Source of the DNA: Eutreptiella sp. 'Long Island Sound 2002'
Lineage: Eukaryota; Protista; Euglenida
Reading direction: 5' to 3'
Length of the DNA stretch: 64,000 nucleotides
Assembly (NCBI GenBank): GCA_964036045.1
Contig: OZ038378.1
Location: forward strand, 65,906,001-65,970,000
Of this stretch, positions 60,400-64,000 are shown piece after piece; the stretch's first letter is position 1, and the number at the start of each line of letters is the position of its first letter. Below the pieces are notes generated by a model. That model searched no databases. It saw nothing but the letters and a program-made list of their open reading frames with translations, and was not told the origin of the DNA. The translations under genes and the position numbers were made by a program.

Positions 60400-60893
60400 G
60401 GCATGGTTGAATGAACGGCTGCATCATTTGCCAGGCGACAGATGGTGGTGTCCTGAATGCAGCAGCGCTGACCCCTCAGAACTTAGACTAGCTGAATGCA
60501 GCCAGTGGCATCGAGCTGCAACACGTGTCTGCCGCATACATCTGCACGCTAAGCAGTTCGTCTGCAGATCAATCCGGCCTTGTGCCTGAGTGGAATAGCA
60601 AGGGGGGCGCCTGCTTGGCAGCTGCGCAGGACGGACAACGGCACTTCATCCACTTGGGCGAGAAGAACAAGGGAGACCGCGTTTTCTGCCTCGTTTGCGC
60701 TGCTCTGCGCTGTGCAGCTTGGCGGCGCACGAAAGAGATTTGTGACGGGAAATGGCACTTCATCGAATCAGGTCTGCATTGCTATAATCTGGCTGTACAT
60801 GAGAAGCGGCAGCGTGTGCGGTTGTCTCCAAGTGTGGAAGAAGATGTGCTGATGGAGGCAAACTGTCGGAAGACATTGGAGCCTGCGCTGTAG
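60400..60893 (+). pseudogene. Cys/His-rich coding remnant beginning with a PHD-finger-like tail
   Basis: LHHLPGDRWWCPEC after an AG, then CLVC...HFIESGLHC in a shifted frame. Confidence 0.3.
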
Positions 60894-62420
60894 GGTCGCT
60901 ACCGTGCATATGCAACTACTGTGCGAGCCGCAATTAGTTGTCCTCTAGTGACTTGTCCGCCGGCCAAGTCTAATACGTCATCAAATATGGCCGGCTACAA
61001 CAAGATAAAAGCATTACAATGGAGAAGTTGTTGGGCCTAGTGCAGCAACATCGGTTTCCGCAGGTGTAAAGAAGCAGATGGTGTATGTTGTAATATATCG
61101 GGTGTTACTGCGGGATAACGAGATCCATGCATGTAGAGACGATCTAGACGGGGTGCACTGTCATGCGGTGCTGTGCAGGGCCTTAGTTTGGAGATAAGGC
61201 AGCGGTTGCAACAAGGGCATGTTGTGATATCACAGTGGGACAAAGGGATACATGCGTGTAGGGACGATGTGCAGGGGTGTTTGCTGTCTGGTGTCTGCGC
61301 GCCTGGAGCCGATTCTACCGGACGCACTGAATGCGGCTGCCCTGGCCAGGCTAGGCTAGACGTCGCCACACCGCGCCGGAAGGGCGGGGAGGTAAAGTGC
61401 TTTCCCCGGGCCCAAGCACCGCACAGTGCTCGAATGCGGGGTTGGCTGTGGGTGCGAGCACGACATGCAATGCACGGCCGATGGGCCGTCACTTCACGCA
61501 TTGTGTTCAGATTATCTAGCCGCTGCAAACGCCGGGCAGGCACTAGGGCTGGCTTGCAGGGGCGGAGGCTTACGGTCTTGCTGGGGCGAGTCGGCAACTG
61601 GTTGGGGGCAGCCAGCTGGTATATGGTCATGCAGGGCGTCACAGGGCGTTGGTTTTGGCGGCGTACTACCCCAAGTTCAACAAGTTCTGCTGCTACCAGT
61701 CTCTAGTCAATGCAACCACCTAGCTCGTACTAGCAATCCCAGCTGTCAAAGGCCTCCTTCCGTGCGGTTTGGTCAGGTCGCACACTCGTCCAGGGCGAGA
61801 TACAAGCCCCATGCTTTGCTACCTTTGAAGCACAGCAGTGCACTACCTTAGACCCCCACTGCACACACACCTCGTGTCTCGTAGCTACCACAAGGCAGAG
61901 CTTGAGCCCCAGAGCCGTCTATAGCCACAGCGCGTCTCTGCGGCGGATATTGAGGCTGGGGTTCGTGCACACCTTGTGTCTCGTTGCTACAACACGGCTG
62001 AGCTTGGCCCTGACAGCTACCCACAGCCGCACGTTGTCACGGGTGCGGCTTGGGATTGTTCGATCCTTGTGTAAGAAGAAAACAACTCATGGTCACGGAG
62101 GTGACCTGCAGACGAAAAGGGGTTATGTTTTTCTATGGCCAAGAGGCAGGAGTTGGGCCTTGATCCTCCCGGGAAGTTTTCCTATCGCACGCTGTGTTCT
62201 CACATCTTCCAGCTGGATGACACGGCACGGTGTTTCTCCATTGGGGCCTACCCCACACGGAGATCCGCGGTGTCGCCGAGCTAAGCAACATGTTTCCATC
62301 CTTGGCAACCCGGTTCCACAGCCACCAAGGGGACTCCCGCCACGAGCTAGAGAGGTTGCAGTTACAAGTTTTTGGATCGAGGTATACATAGGGTTTAGGA
62401 AGAGTGCGCGATGCACCTAG

Positions 62421-63991
62421 TTGTTGAGGGGCTTCTTTTTCCTGCAAGAGGGGCCACAGGTAGCCTTCGTAGCGTCCAATGAGGCATTTGTAACGGACGG
62501 CAAGGTAGCGATAGTCATCAAAACACTGCGACCACTGAAGTATTTTGAGCGGGCCAAAGATGCCTTAGGGCAGTCGTTCATAGACGCCGACAGTGACAAA
62601 GCTGTGACTGCCGAGGTTTGGAACACTGTCATTATGTTGATGACTGATTTTCATCATCATGTGCTTCCAGTGGCAGTGTGCTTAGCCACAAATGACGATG
62701 CTAACTTTTTTGTAGCTCTAGCATCAACACTTTGCCAAGTAGACTGCGGCACCATTCGGCATCTATTACAACGCAATGGCTCAGTTGCAATATGCAATTG
62801 GTTCGGAAACACTGCCATTGGGGAGCAAAAATAGACTGATTGCCATATGCACGTGCACAATGCTTGGCTCACTAAACTGAAAAAAATGGCCACGAAGAAT
62901 GAGATGCAGGTCACCGTACGCACCACATTGATTCCAGTGGTCCACAACCTTTACCTGTGCTTCTCAGACATTGTTTTCCGGTGGGTGTATAGGGCGTTCC
63001 AGCAGCATTCCTCGACAGATCATGGTTGTTCTAATTCTGCAAGTGGTGGAAAGGGAATCACGGAAAGGACGTGTTCTATGTGCACTCTTCACCACTTGGA
63101 CTGCTTTGTAGGTTGTTACCATGTGTGTTAATCATTGCTAGAGATTGGATTAACACCTATGGCGCATCATGGTTTGCTTTGAGGCACATTACATACAAAC
63201 TGGAGTGCCGCCCCAGTGGTGTGCAAATTGGAAGATCTCCGTTCAGTGTATGAACTGAGTGCACTGTGGATTCGAGCATCGTCAAAGGTGGGGTGCTTGG
63301 ACCTTTGCATGTGTTGTGTGCTGTCACAGTTCATTGAGAGCTCTGTCGTCTTCTGCTGGACTGCTGCCACCACTCCCCGCCACAGTGAGGTCCTGGCTTA
63401 TGAATCGGATACCGAATGAGACTAGTCTACGTTTGAAGTCAAGTAGGGCTCCGAAGTCCATTCCTAGCCCCCTGAACCCTGCGCACTGCGACTCATTCTG
63501 GCAAAAGTGTGGAATGTCTTGGGTTTGCCATGCTGTGCATTGTTGATTCAGGACAAGAGCGTCGAGTCGGCGCTATCCATGGTGGCACGCATGCTGCAGA
63601 AGGGTACTACCAATACCGTCTCATGGGCATGATGGAAGCCGCCGTGTACCCACTAGATATTGGTAGGCGTGAGTGGTCTCAGAATCGGCCACATTTTATT
63701 CAGCTAAATGCATCCAGCCGTGCGATCACAACTAGCGACGGCAAGCACTGCACCGAAGAGGACTTGTACCTAACAGCCCAAGGTGCAGCTCAACAGAAGC
63801 ACTACGTCATTGTGCGAGGCATTCACTACAAGTGGGGGAACGGAGCGATGGGCAAACTCACCTTTACTGAAGTGTACCATTGCCAATCACCGGTCAAGGC
63901 GAACCCATTAACTTTTGTTGGTGCCCAACCTCACTTGTTGACTGTGACGTACACCACAGTGTACTGCACATTTCGTAAGTTTTTTGAATAG
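62421..63991 (+). pseudogene. Decayed MULE/Mutator-like transposase
   Basis: FIDADSDKAV...TDFHHHVLPVAVCL, DCHMHVHNAWL (CxxH) and WINTYGASWFALRH; several stops and frameshifts. Confidence 0.55.
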
Positions 63992-64000
63992 GGACGCTGT

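Overview
Eukaryotic, repeat-saturated DNA. A euglenozoan (euglenid-like) source is an inference from GT-AG introns with pyrimidine tracts and a gag-YR-RT retroelement order of VIPER/TATE type. One convincing host gene is present: at least 6 in-frame GT-AG exons (13230-31770, + strand, 1235 codons, 5' end not found) encoding a protein with a divergent ADP-ribosyltransferase-like domain. Almost everything else is transposable elements. (i) Three TIR DNA transposons with CCCTAG-type ends and RAG1/Transib/CMC-clade DDE transposases: E1 712-9713, E2 21341-26446, E3 38298-51874. Each repeats its own subterminal motif in internal arrays, which lie in introns or intron-like spacers in E2 and E3. E1 also carries a gag-protease-2OG/Fe(II) dioxygenase cassette. 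(ii) A nearly complete Penelope-like retroelement with N-terminal GIY-YIG, CxC linker, RT and 427-bp pseudo-LTRs (40584-48550). It has an unusual CCHC-knuckle/RRM-like N-terminal region and a YKDN catalytic motif. (iii) Two decayed tyrosine-recombinase retroelements. (iv) A decayed MULE-like transposase, MITEs, foldbacks and tandem arrays. A four-level nest (YR retroelement > E3 > Penelope-like element > 8-bp-TSD element) can be reconstructed from target-site duplications. All family assignments come from motif recognition by eye; no database searches were run.
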